Made by a program: the position numbers and the translations under genes. The notes beneath the pieces were generated by a model. The model was not told the DNA's origin. It saw only the letters and a list, made by a program, of their open reading frames with translations, and ran no database searches. This document shows positions 11,701 to 19,535 of a DNA stretch of 64,000 bases, in pieces (position 1 is the stretch's first letter; every line of letters starts with the position of its first letter). The DNA lies in assembly GCA_041658325.1 (NCBI GenBank), contig JBBAAI010000003.1, forward strand, positions 2,201-66,200, written 5' to 3'. The stretch comes from Minisyncoccota bacterium. GTDB lineage: Bacteria > Patescibacteriota > Minisyncoccia > Phycocordibacterales > UBA9973.

Positions 11701-14346
11701 GGTGATTCTGGTGGAACTACAGCAATGACAATACTAAATAATGGCAACGTCGGAATCGGAACGACAGCACCAGCTTCTCGTTTTCATCTCGGTGTTGCGC
11801 CGACAGCTTCTGCAAATTACGGGACACTTTCTCTGGGTGGTGGAGCATTCGACGGCTCAACTTCAGGATACTTTGTTGGCTCGGCTTCTGGAACATCTTT
11901 AGCAGTAAATGAAGTATCTGGATATGTTGGGAATCTTCTTGATGCACAAGTGGCGGGAACAAGTAAGTTTAAGGTGAACAATGCAGGCATGGCGACGGCC
12001 ACCGCGTTCGTAGCGAACAACGGGGCCACCGCCGCTGGGACGCTCCAACTATTCGAGGACTCCGACAACGGTACAAACTCTGTCACTCTCCAGGGACCAG
12101 CGTCAACGGCTGATGTGACCGTGACGCTTCCGGCGTTGACCGGCACCGTGGCGCTCATGGGCGCAGCTACGCAGTCGGGGGATTTTTACACGAGCGGAAA
12201 TACATTCTCTGTGAGATCATGGATCGGTACCGCTTCGGGCAACGGTGAACTTTATGTGCGAAACGCGTCATTGCAACAACTAGTTTATGTCAGTGGGGCC
12301 AATGGTGGAGTCTACCTGCCGTCTACCGGTGCCGTCCGTTTCAGTAATTCTACTACCTCATGGGGGGGGAGCGACTCGGGAATAGACAGGTTCGATGTCG
12401 GGGTGGTTGGGATCACCAATGGCTCAACTGGCGATGGCAACTTGCGCATGCTGAGCAATATCGAGTTCGAGGGGTCAGCCGCCGATACGAATGAAACTCA
12501 GTTGACCGTCACCAACCCCACCACAGACCGGACCATTACCATCCCCGACCTTACTGGGACGCTTGCGACACTGGAGAACGCGAACACTTGGAGCGCCTCG
12601 CAATCACTAACTGCCGCAGATTCTTCTGCTTTGACTGACCTCCTAATTAATCCAACAGCAAAAACAAGCGGGAATTTGATAGATTTGCAAGTAGCATCTG
12701 CAAGTAAATTTTATGTAAGCTCTGCAGGAAACGTATTTCCTGCTGGAGAAATTTATTTGGGAGCAGGACAAGGTTTGTCTACCTTGGCACTTGGTGGAAC
12801 ACTTATTCTACAAGGTAGAAATATGAACGCTGCGACTGGAGCCGCTGCGGTAAGAATGGGGATAGGAACTCATTCTCCAAGTAGTGGAACAAGTATCGGA
12901 GTAGATGTAACGCCAACAATAAATCAAACGGACACTGCAGCAACATCCGTTTTAAGAGTATCACCCTATTTGCAAGCGACAGGTTCAGGAACTCAACTTT
13001 TAGCTGACTTTGGAACAAATACTGCAGGAAGTGGTGGGGGGACACATACTTCAATTTTCAAGTTTGGAACTAATGGAAATTTAACCTTAACTGGAAACGT
13101 TGTAAACTCAAACAGTGGCACAGGATTTTACTCTGGGTATTCGGTATCAGGAACTGGGAATGTTAATTTAATAGTAGCTCAAGGGGCAGCGAGAACCAAC
13201 ACTTCAGGTGCTCAAGCGTTCTTTGCGGTTATCCCGTCATACAACCAAGCTAGTGGAACTGCCGCCAATACCGACCTCCTCATTAACAGAACTCAAACCG
13301 CAGTGGGTAGTGGAGCACAACTTTTGATTGATGCACAAGTGGGAAGCGTAAGTAAGTTTAGTGTAACGAATGCGGGGGTGGTTCAACAAAAAGGTTGTAC
13401 AACAGCTGGAGCGCTATTTGCGGATACTTCAGGGAATGTAATTTGTGATCCTTCAAGAGCAGAATTTAAGGACAATATTGTTGATTTGAATAACGGTCTT
13501 TCAAGTATTCTTGCTCTTCGTCCTGTTTCTTATACTTTTAAACCAGAAATGAATATGGGAAGTGAAACTTATTTTGGATTTATATCTGGGGAAGTTGCTT
13601 TAATTGCTCCAGAATTTGCTACTTATGATGCAGAAGGAAAACCTTATGGATTGGACACAAAGGCTCTTCTTGCCACGACCATCAAAGCTATCCAAGAAAT
13701 GAATTTGAGTTTAGAAGGAATTGCTGGAATTAGTATCCCTGTTCCTGGTTCTCCTACAGAATCTTTTGTTACTGCTTTCTTTGCTAAGATGGGTGCTTGG
13801 TTGGCAGATGCGGGTAATGGAATAGCCAATATTTTTGCCAAAGAAGTTAATACAAATACCCTATGTGTTTCTGACGATTCCGGCTCGAAAACTTGTATAA
13901 CTAAAGCTCAACTAGATACTTTGCTTTCTGGGGCGGGTTCTACTGCTACCTCAACAGTGCCACCAGTAGTAGTCCCTACTTGTACCGCTCCACAAACCTT
14001 AGTAGATAATGTTTGTACCGATCCAGCGCCAGAAACTCCTACTTGTACAGCTCCACAAACCCTCGTGGATAATGTCTGTACTGATCCGACAGCCGTAGAT
14101 CCTCCCGTAGTAGAACCTCCTGTCTGTACAGCTCCTCAAACCTTAGTAGGCAATGTCTGCACTGATCCGACGCCAGTAGCTCCAACATGTATAGATCCAC
14201 AAATTTTAGTAGATAACGTTTGTACGGACCCTGCGCCTGCGCCTGTAATTCCACCACCAGAACCCACTCCGCCACCAGTACCCGATCCCGTAGTAGAACC
14301 GATCCCAACACCCGCACCTGATCCAGTAGTAGAAACTACTCCATAA
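8800..14346 (+). CDS. Giant (1848 aa) membrane-anchored fibre/adhesin-like protein with phage tail-fibre-type intramolecular chaperone (Peptidase S74-like) domain and C-terminal Cys-loop repeats
   Basis: N-terminal signal-anchor; internally duplicated cassettes (LGVAPTASANYGTxSLGGGAFDGST..GYFVGSASGTSLAVNEVSGYVGNL.DAQV.G.SKF; IEFEGSAAD..ETQ.TVTNPT.DRTITIPDLTGTLA); S74-like block SRAEFKDNIVDLNNGLSSILALRPVSYTFK...GFISGEVALIAPEF...GLDTKALLATTIKAIQEMN; five CTAPQTLVDNVCTDP repeats. Confidence 0.7.
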   Translation: MKIMKNIFSKIKIISTNKIAIALFVFVVLVLFSAKMVFAVWNGTFYEPGDTLNPECLPTDADCDVRSPLTSVNISDTAYDATTWDGVTTISPSKNAVRDQIETLVASNHNPLTIGTANGLSLATQVLSLALASTSTTGALSDTDWNTFNNKASALGADDNYVTDAQLVVVGNTSGTNSGDNAVNSLYSGLAASKQDALNGTGFVKATGTTISYDNSTYLDTGTASSTYLPLAGGTLTGLLSTSIDGNNAVTEFLQLTNSNEPTTGQVGDTASISFDFFGTINNGSSYAQTEVARIEAYKYGDFFHATALTDHDVGLKFYTMDGGTQRETASMSAPLGIGWFQLFYAGTIGPGFSATSSSAISATTSTIGNFASFSASNIYAKGGALRSQNSAATETYFYAGQAYTAVNSLSAYTWGNTATAISGLDTGLSRAAAGVVRIGSGASGTTDTGDLVMQDNIEFEGSAADDFETQFTVTNPTADRTITIPDLTGTLALTSDLGTYLPLAGGTLTGNLIVGVAPTASANYGTFSLGGGAFDGSTAGYFVGSASGTSLAVNEVSGYVGNLIDAQVGGVSKFSVDNTGGVRIGTTTTNTAGTIRYLNSDFQGYDGTSWKSLTNLASITGEATGFPNRTDTAISFNNGTRNFTITGTNFKVYSKGAEFTKNTESIEIPDVTGLYFIYYDATTQALSQSTSPWSLIDGTINIGTVYWNTSLATGLLGEERHGVTMDGNTHELLHNTVGSRYNTGFTGTFNSPPTFSVTAGSFYDEDIKNETLSTETTARVLYRTGASSTFTAEQVNYYHEVSDIIQYDNAGSLADVTNNNYVAYWIFATNDTITPIYSLMGQRQDTSLANARANNTYEGLSLSSLPFKEMKALYRIILRRSGTSETYQEIQDLRSISNLSSGTYLASNHSLLTGLTDDDHPQYLNINGRSGGQTVIGGTDATDILTIQNTSTTGTTLTNPAMYLKVGDSGGTTAMTILNNGNVGIGTTAPASRFHLGVAPTASANYGTLSLGGGAFDGSTSGYFVGSASGTSLAVNEVSGYVGNLLDAQVAGTSKFKVNNAGMATATAFVANNGATAAGTLQLFEDSDNGTNSVTLQGPASTADVTVTLPALTGTVALMGAATQSGDFYTSGNTFSVRSWIGTASGNGELYVRNASLQQLVYVSGANGGVYLPSTGAVRFSNSTTSWGGSDSGIDRFDVGVVGITNGSTGDGNLRMLSNIEFEGSAADTNETQLTVTNPTTDRTITIPDLTGTLATLENANTWSASQSLTAADSSALTDLLINPTAKTSGNLIDLQVASASKFYVSSAGNVFPAGEIYLGAGQGLSTLALGGTLILQGRNMNAATGAAAVRMGIGTHSPSSGTSIGVDVTPTINQTDTAATSVLRVSPYLQATGSGTQLLADFGTNTAGSGGGTHTSIFKFGTNGNLTLTGNVVNSNSGTGFYSGYSVSGTGNVNLIVAQGAARTNTSGAQAFFAVIPSYNQASGTAANTDLLINRTQTAVGSGAQLLIDAQVGSVSKFSVTNAGVVQQKGCTTAGALFADTSGNVICDPSRAEFKDNIVDLNNGLSSILALRPVSYTFKPEMNMGSETYFGFISGEVALIAPEFATYDAEGKPYGLDTKALLATTIKAIQEMNLSLEGIAGISIPVPGSPTESFVTAFFAKMGAWLADAGNGIANIFAKEVNTNTLCVSDDSGSKTCITKAQLDTLLSGAGSTATSTVPPVVVPTCTAPQTLVDNVCTDPAPETPTCTAPQTLVDNVCTDPTAVDPPVVEPPVCTAPQTLVGNVCTDPTPVAPTCIDPQILVDNVCTDPAPAPVIPPPEPTPPPVPDPVVEPIPTPAPDPVVETTP
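13453..13710 (+). other. Peptidase S74 / tail-fibre intramolecular chaperone auto-processing domain (putative Ser-Lys dyad S-R-A-E-F-K)
   Basis: Motif-by-motif agreement with the endosialidase/tail-spike C-terminal chaperone consensus (SD.RLK.DI...L.LRPVSY.wK....GfiAQEv....PElV.......dY..L...Li.AiQEL). Confidence 0.6.
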
Positions 14347-14380
14347 AATGCATTCATTTTTAAATTTATGTGTTATAATA

Positions 14381-14408
14381 AAAAAAGGACAGATTCTGTC
14401 CTTTTTTT
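14381..14408. terminator. Bidirectional rho-independent terminator
   Basis: A-run, hairpin ggacagaTTCtgtcc, T-run (ctttttttatt) directly after the giant ORF. Confidence 0.7.
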
Positions 14409-14411
14409 ATT

Positions 14412-16187
14412 ATGGAAAAAGATTATTCAAATTTGCATCGAGGCCTGGTGCTCAAATATTACTGGCAAATAATTAGAAAATACAAAATTTCTTTTTTTGT
14501 TGTTGTCTTTTTTACCATTATTGCTTCAGTGCTCGATGTCTATATACCACTTCAATACCTAAAACTTTGGAATGTTTTGAGTATTAATGATTTCAACGTG
14601 GTTTCTGCAGCCAAATTAATAATTATTTTAGTTTTAATATTGAACATAATTCGTTGGATAATTCGTAGAATTTCAGGATTTTCGCTTGCTTATTTTGAAG
14701 CTAGCACGATGGCGGGCCTTCGAGAACAGGCATTTTCAGCTATGATTAATCATTCACATACTTTTTTTGCAAATAATTTTGGTGGCTCGTTAACTCAAAG
14801 AATAAATAAATACACCAGAGCTTTTGAAAAATTGACTGATAGAATGATGGCGGATGGTTTACCGCTTATTATTCGTGGAGTAGGAATAATAATTGCTTTT
14901 TATACACTGATGCCGAAATATTCTTACATTTTAGGGATTTTTTGTATTGTGTTTTTAGCTACGGCCTTTATTTATATTCGTTTTAAATTAAAATACGATA
15001 TTATCGCCTCAGAAGCTGATTCTAAAACCATCGGTGCCTTATCTGATTCAATAGGCAATCATTCCTCAATACAATTATTTACTGGACATGAATATGAAAA
15101 AAAGAAAATAGGTGAAGTTGTTAAAGATCAAAAAAATAAAATAGTATTCAATTGGTATTTGTGGGAGGGTCTTGGAACGATACAAACTTTCTATACATTT
15201 TGTACTGAATTTATTATTTTTTGGATAATTTTAGGTGATTGGAAGATCGGTTTAGTTACTTTACCGGTAATAGTTTTATTGCAGAGTTATTTCGTGCGTT
15301 TGGTTGATAGTTTGTGGAGTTTCGGTGCTATCGTGCGGGCGTATTATGAAAGTTTTGCTGATGCCGAAGAAATGGCTGTTATTCTTAGCACTCCTTATGA
15401 AATTGTAAACAAACCGACACAAATTTTAAGTGATACTAAGGGGGAAGTTGTCTTTGATAATGTTACATATATTTATGAGAACAATAATTCCAAAGTGTTA
15501 GATAATTTTTCTTTGACGATTAGATCAGGGCAGAAGGTTGCCATTGTTGGTTCTTCTGGGGCGGGGAAAACAACTTTTGTACGACTTTTAATGAGATTAT
15601 TCAATCTTACTTCTGGAAGAATTTTAATTGATGGAGTGGATATTGAAAATATTTCAGAGAAAAATCTCCGTGAACAAATTGGTTTTGTGCCCCAAGATCC
15701 AATTCTTTTTCATCGTACTCTAATGGAGAATATTCGTTATGGTAAACGAGATGCTATCGATGAAGAAGTATTAGTCGCTGCTCATTTAGCGCATTGTGAT
15801 GAATTTATTGATGCTCTACCTAAGGGTTATGATACATATGTTGGTGAACGAGGGGTGAAACTCTCTGGTGGAGAGCGTCAACGTGTCGCCATAGCGCGAG
15901 CCATTCTCAAAAATGCGCCGATCCTCATTTTAGATGAAGCGACATCATCGCTAGATTCTCATTCTGAATCTTTAATTCAAGATGCGCTTCATAAACTTAT
16001 TCAAGGTAAAACAACTATTGTAATAGCGCACAGACTTTCCACTATTCGAGAGATGGATAGAATCATTGTAATTGAAAAAGGAAAGATTGCTGAAGATGGA
16101 AATCACAACGAATTGGCAAATAAAAAAGATGGACTTTATAAAAAATTGTGGGATTTACAAGCCGGGGGATTTAAGAATAGAATATAA
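14412..16187 (+). CDS. ABC transporter, fused permease/ATP-binding protein (MsbA-like exporter)
   Basis: 591 aa; 6-TM N-terminal domain; Walker A GSSGAGKTT, ABC signature LSGGERQRVAIARA, Walker B ILILDEATSSLD, H-loop. Confidence 0.85.
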   Translation: MEKDYSNLHRGLVLKYYWQIIRKYKISFFVVVFFTIIASVLDVYIPLQYLKLWNVLSINDFNVVSAAKLIIILVLILNIIRWIIRRISGFSLAYFEASTMAGLREQAFSAMINHSHTFFANNFGGSLTQRINKYTRAFEKLTDRMMADGLPLIIRGVGIIIAFYTLMPKYSYILGIFCIVFLATAFIYIRFKLKYDIIASEADSKTIGALSDSIGNHSSIQLFTGHEYEKKKIGEVVKDQKNKIVFNWYLWEGLGTIQTFYTFCTEFIIFWIILGDWKIGLVTLPVIVLLQSYFVRLVDSLWSFGAIVRAYYESFADAEEMAVILSTPYEIVNKPTQILSDTKGEVVFDNVTYIYENNNSKVLDNFSLTIRSGQKVAIVGSSGAGKTTFVRLLMRLFNLTSGRILIDGVDIENISEKNLREQIGFVPQDPILFHRTLMENIRYGKRDAIDEEVLVAAHLAHCDEFIDALPKGYDTYVGERGVKLSGGERQRVAIARAILKNAPILILDEATSSLDSHSESLIQDALHKLIQGKTTIVIAHRLSTIREMDRIIVIEKGKIAEDGNHNELANKKDGLYKKLWDLQAGGFKNRI

Positions 16188-16189
16188 TT

Positions 16190-17995
16190 ATGGACTTGAA
16201 GCACATCAGAAATTTTTCTATCATAGCGCATATTGACCACGGTAAGAGTACCTTGGCGGACAGAATGCTTGAGATTACACACACCATTGAATCTCGTAAA
16301 ATGCGCGATCAGGTATTAGATTCTATGGATCTTGAGCGCGAAAGAGGTATTACTATCAAAATGCAACCCGTCAGAATGGAGTATGTTTTGAATGGACAAA
16401 AATACATTTTAAACTTGATAGACACTCCGGGGCACATAGATTTTTCTTATGAAGTTTCTCGCGCTTTAAAGGCTGTAGAAGGCTCTATTTTGCTGATTGA
16501 CTCAACACAGGGGGTTCAAGCGCAAACCCTTACTACGCTTGCTATGGCACGCGAGGGGGGGCTTAAAATCATTCCTGTACTCTCTAAAATCGATTCTCCT
16601 TTATCCAGAGTATCTGAGATAAAAGAAGAAGTAATGAAACTTTTAAACTGTTCTTCAGACGAAATTTTATTGGTTTCTGGACGCACGGGAGAGGGGGTAG
16701 AAAATCTTTTACAAGAAGTCATAAAGCGTATTCCAGAGCCGAAAGAGACATATCACGGAGACAATATTTTACGCGCTTTAGTTTTTGATTTTAAATATTC
16801 GAATCACAGAGGTGTAATAGTCTTTGTGCGTGTATTGGACGGTGTAGTTAAAAAGGGGGATACATTGCTCTTTTCTGTTTCAGGGGAAAAATTTATTGCG
16901 CTAGAAGTGGGTACTTTTTCTCCAGAAGAAACTCCTAAGGATTCTCTCGAAAGAGGGGAGACAGGTTATGTTGTCACGGGGATTAAAAAACCAGGAATAG
17001 CTTCGGTTGGAGACACTGTAACCATGTTCAAAAATCCATTACCCGCTTTCCCGGGTTATATGCAACCGTTGCCGGTAGTCTGGGCGAGCGTATTTCCAGA
17101 AGATGCAGATGATTTTGCGGAATTAAAACTTGCTTTGGGAAAATTAAAACTTTCTGATTCCGCTTTTTCTTATGAAGAAGAAGCTTCGGGGTCTCTGGGA
17201 AAAGGTTTTCGCTGTGGATTTTTAGGTATGCTTCATTTAGAAATTATTACCGAAAGATTAAAAAGAGAATTCAATTTGAAATTAGTTATCACCACACCTT
17301 CTATTACTTATGAAGTATTGCTCCGAAACGGCAAAAGAGAAAAGATTTATTCACCATATTTTTTCCCCGATGATGGGAATATAGAAACTGTGTTTGAGCC
17401 TTGGGTTAAATTGAAAATTATCACACCGGTGGGATATGTTGGTAATATTATGCAACTTCTCTTTGACCATGAAGCAGAAGTTGGAGAGATGGAAAATTTT
17501 GGGGACAATCGTGGAGCTTTATCTGTCAAAATGCCCCTACGTGAGCTGATGCGAAATTTTTTCGATGAGTTAAAAAGTACTTCATCAGGTTATGGTTCTA
17601 TTTCTTACGAAATAGGTGAAATGAGAGAAGCGAATGTTACTAGACTTGATTTATTGGTTGCTGATGAAGCTGTACCAGCTTTTTCTAGAGTTGTTTCTAA
17701 AAAAAGAGCAGAAATCGAAGCGGAAGAAGCTGTTCAAAAACTTTCAACCCTACTGCCTAGACAAATGTTTACTTTAAAAATTCAAGGGAGGGCCCTTGGA
17801 CGTATAATCTCTTCACGCACTCTTTCTGGTATGAAAAAAGACGTGACTCAGCATATGTATGGAGGCGATATTACTCGAAAAATGAAACTTCGGGAGAAGC
17901 AGAAAAAGGGAAAGAAAAAAATGAAAGAGAGAGGAAGAGTAAACATTCCTCAAAATGTATTTTTAAAGATGATGCGTACTGGAGATCGTAGCTAG
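16190..17995 (+). CDS. lepA: Elongation factor 4 (LepA)
   Basis: 601 aa; IRNFSIIAHIDHGKSTLADR G1 motif, DTPGHIDF, characteristic LepA C-terminal domain. Confidence 0.9.
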   Translation: MDLKHIRNFSIIAHIDHGKSTLADRMLEITHTIESRKMRDQVLDSMDLERERGITIKMQPVRMEYVLNGQKYILNLIDTPGHIDFSYEVSRALKAVEGSILLIDSTQGVQAQTLTTLAMAREGGLKIIPVLSKIDSPLSRVSEIKEEVMKLLNCSSDEILLVSGRTGEGVENLLQEVIKRIPEPKETYHGDNILRALVFDFKYSNHRGVIVFVRVLDGVVKKGDTLLFSVSGEKFIALEVGTFSPEETPKDSLERGETGYVVTGIKKPGIASVGDTVTMFKNPLPAFPGYMQPLPVVWASVFPEDADDFAELKLALGKLKLSDSAFSYEEEASGSLGKGFRCGFLGMLHLEIITERLKREFNLKLVITTPSITYEVLLRNGKREKIYSPYFFPDDGNIETVFEPWVKLKIITPVGYVGNIMQLLFDHEAEVGEMENFGDNRGALSVKMPLRELMRNFFDELKSTSSGYGSISYEIGEMREANVTRLDLLVADEAVPAFSRVVSKKRAEIEAEEAVQKLSTLLPRQMFTLKIQGRALGRIISSRTLSGMKKDVTQHMYGGDITRKMKLREKQKKGKKKMKERGRVNIPQNVFLKMMRTGDRS

Positions 17996-18104
17996 ATAAA
18001 GATGTTTTTATCTAAAAATAGGAGAGTAAAGTAATATCATACTAACAATGATTAGCACACTTACCACTGCCCAAGCGACTTGTATTTTCTTTTGATGTTT
18101 TTTA

Positions 18105-18509
18105 TTGAAAAGCATATACTTAGTGTATCACAGTATGAGAAATTTTCAACAAAAAAGTAGCTGGAGAAAGATAGCAGAATCAAAACCCGTTTTGATAGTT
18201 CTAGGTGTTTTGATATTATTTTTCGCTTGGAGTGTTTTTGGTTTTTGGAATAAAATGAAGGAAACTAGTAAAAATAAAGAAATGACCGAAGATAAAATTT
18301 CCGCACTAAAACAACAAAAAGAGAAACTGGTGTTAGATATAGAAAGTTTAAATACTGACGAAGGAAAAGAAAAATTTTTTAGAGAAAATTTTGGTCTAGT
18401 GAAAGAAGGGGAAGATGTAATAGTGGTGGTAGAAGACAAAAATCAGTCTTTATCGCCGGCGTCAAATTCCGGAGGATTTTTCTCGTTTTTTATGAATTGG
18501 TTTAAATAA
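18105..18509 (+). CDS. Septum formation initiator family protein (FtsB/DivIC-like)
   Basis: Single TM helix followed by coiled coil (KISALKQQKEKLVLDIESL) and FRENFGLVKEGEDVIVV motif typical of FtsB/DivIC; true start may be an internal Met. Confidence 0.5.
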   Translation: MKSIYLVYHSMRNFQQKSSWRKIAESKPVLIVLGVLILFFAWSVFGFWNKMKETSKNKEMTEDKISALKQQKEKLVLDIESLNTDEGKEKFFRENFGLVKEGEDVIVVVEDKNQSLSPASNSGGFFSFFMNWFK

Positions 18510-18526
18510 TATGCTATAATATACTT

Positions 18527-19534
18527 ATGAAAATAATATTTTTTGAGGTTCCCAAGATGGAACAACCACTTCTCTTAAAGGCTTTTGAAAGTGAAGATGT
18601 ATTGTTTTTTGAAGAAAAATTAGATGAAAATAATGCTGAGAAGGCAAAAGACGCTGAAATTATTTCTATCTTTATTAATTCGGTGGTCAGTAAAAATATT
18701 ATTAATTTATTACCAAATTTAAAATTTGTTACTACTCGTTCTACAGGATTTGAACATATTGATTTAGAATATTGTGCGACAAAAGAAATAAAGGTTTCTA
18801 ACGTTCCATCTTATGGTTCTCACACTGTGGCTGAATTCGCTTTTTCTTTAATTCTCAATCTTTCTCGAAATATTATTAATGCTAATAATCATTTACGGGA
18901 CTCAATGGATTTCAATTTTTACTCTTCTCTACAAGGTTTTGATTTACAAGGGAAAACTCTCGGCGTTATCGGTACTGGCCGAATTGGTAAAAATGTAATA
19001 AAAATTGCCCGAAGTTTTGAAATGAATGTTTTAGCTTATGATTTATTTCCTGATATAAATTTTGCAAAAGAAAATAATTTTACATATAAAAGTTTGCTAG
19101 AAGTTCTGGAAGTATCTGACATTGTTACCATTCATACTCCATACACTAAAGAAAACTATCATTTAATAAACAAAGAAAATATTTCTAAAATGAAAAAAGG
19201 AATATTTATCATAAATACAGCACGAGGAGCTTTAATCGATACCGAAGCGTTAATCTGGGGGATCAATGAAGGGATTATCGCTGGGGCTGGTTTGGATGTT
19301 TTAGAAGGGGAAAGAGATTTTAAAATTAAAAATGAAATTATTGGCTCAAAAAGTTCTGAGCAAATAGATTACAAAACAATCGTTGAAAATCAGATTTTAA
19401 TCGATATGCCACAGATAATTGTTACTCCTCACATTGCTTTTTACTCTAAAGAAGCTGAAACAGAAATAATAAAAACAACAGTAGAAAATATAAAAGGATT
19501 TATTTCAGGGAATGCACAAAATTTAGTTAAATAA
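18527..19534 (+). CDS. D-isomer-specific 2-hydroxyacid dehydrogenase (glycerate/hydroxypyruvate or D-lactate dehydrogenase family)
   Basis: 335 aa; NAD-binding GVIGTGRIGKNV, catalytic-domain signatures of the D-2-hydroxyacid dehydrogenase family. Confidence 0.8.
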   Translation: MKIIFFEVPKMEQPLLLKAFESEDVLFFEEKLDENNAEKAKDAEIISIFINSVVSKNIINLLPNLKFVTTRSTGFEHIDLEYCATKEIKVSNVPSYGSHTVAEFAFSLILNLSRNIINANNHLRDSMDFNFYSSLQGFDLQGKTLGVIGTGRIGKNVIKIARSFEMNVLAYDLFPDINFAKENNFTYKSLLEVLEVSDIVTIHTPYTKENYHLINKENISKMKKGIFIINTARGALIDTEALIWGINEGIIAGAGLDVLEGERDFKIKNEIIGSKSSEQIDYKTIVENQILIDMPQIIVTPHIAFYSKEAETEIIKTTVENIKGFISGNAQNLVK

Positions 19535-19535
19535 T

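Noticed and set aside
13970-14230. Tandem ~60-nt direct repeats that superficially resemble a CRISPR array
   Set aside because: Repeats are degenerate and in frame within the giant ORF, encoding CTAPQTLVDNVCTDP protein repeats. There are no unique spacers and no cas genes.
8800-14346. Diversity-generating retroelement target (repeated modules inside a surface-protein gene)
   Set aside because: No reverse transcriptase or template repeat in the window. Copies differ at all base types rather than adenine-specific positions. They look like ordinary module duplication or recombination.
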